The notes beneath the pieces are model-generated. The model did not search any database. It was not told the origin of the DNA and saw only the letters and a list, made by a program, of their open reading frames with translations. From an uncultured bacterium (GTDB lineage: Bacteria; Cyanobacteriota; Vampirovibrionia; Gastranaerophilales; Gastranaerophilaceae): a stretch of 64,000 bases of DNA. The stretch spans positions 146 through 64,145 of the forward strand of contig CABUAQ010000001.1 in assembly GCA_902489575.1 (NCBI GenBank), in the 5' to 3' direction. Positions within the stretch are counted from its first letter, which is position 1, and the number at the start of each line of letters is the position of its first letter. Shown here one piece after another: positions 63,954 to 64,000 of the stretch. A program made the position numbers and the translations under genes.

Positions 63954-64000
63954 TTCTTACTAACCTCCAAAATACACTTCGCTGCTTACTATAATGATAA

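Noticed and set aside
1-64000. CRISPR arrays, tRNA/rRNA genes, IS elements, integrons, retrons, DGRs
   Set aside because: I saw no regularly spaced direct repeats, no tRNA-like T-arm/acceptor signatures in the intergenic gaps, and no transposase, integrase or reverse transcriptase translation in any frame of the track. Detection was by eye only. A covariance-model scan could still find small RNAs.

Overview
AT-rich (about one-third G+C by eye), densely coding bacterial chromosomal segment of about 70 genes. All calls rest on motif recognition in the supplied translations and on reading the DNA; no searches or alignments were run.

Most genes are housekeeping:
- Translation and ribosome biogenesis: glyQ, prfA, ylxR-infB-rbfA-truB, tadA, def-fmt, rsgA, rbgA-rplS.
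- Metabolism: pyk, cysK, upp, nadD-yqeK, queE, aroH, a polyprenyl synthase, cobO, an aminotransferase.
- Also rnhB, nrnA, a two-component pair and a GGDEF protein.

Mla-type ABC components and an SLH-domain protein suggest a diderm envelope. Together with the many prepilin-like genes this fits a low-GC anaerobe, possibly Melainabacteria-like, but that lineage guess is low-confidence inference. I found no rRNA, tRNA, CRISPR array, transposase, integrase or reverse transcriptase.

Strongest signal: two unlinked type IV pilin-like paralogs (6714-7510 and 15423-16213, minus strand).
- Each is preceded by the same cassette: SD, ATG, 10 codons, then exactly ten G.
- Both are out of frame in the same way. 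Only G11 or G8, or a -1 slip, yields a processable prepilin.
- This is either a phase-variation or recoding switch, or a systematic homopolymer miscall. Raw reads would decide.

Other items worth a second look:
- A dispersed six-member pilin-like family, mostly with Ala at -1 of the cleavage site.
- A tandem pair of glycine-zipper membrane proteins with N/Y/P-rich tails.
- A HerA-like protein with no P-loop but a PcrA/UvrD-type Tudor-like C-terminus.
- A PurD paralog with substituted catalytic motifs.
- A GGDEF protein with a degenerate active site and an intact I-site.
- A protein with flagellin-like architecture (helical ends, variable core).
- The NifU-like/GGGtGRT gene pair.
- Several small SD-plus-terminator units below the ORF-track size cutoff.
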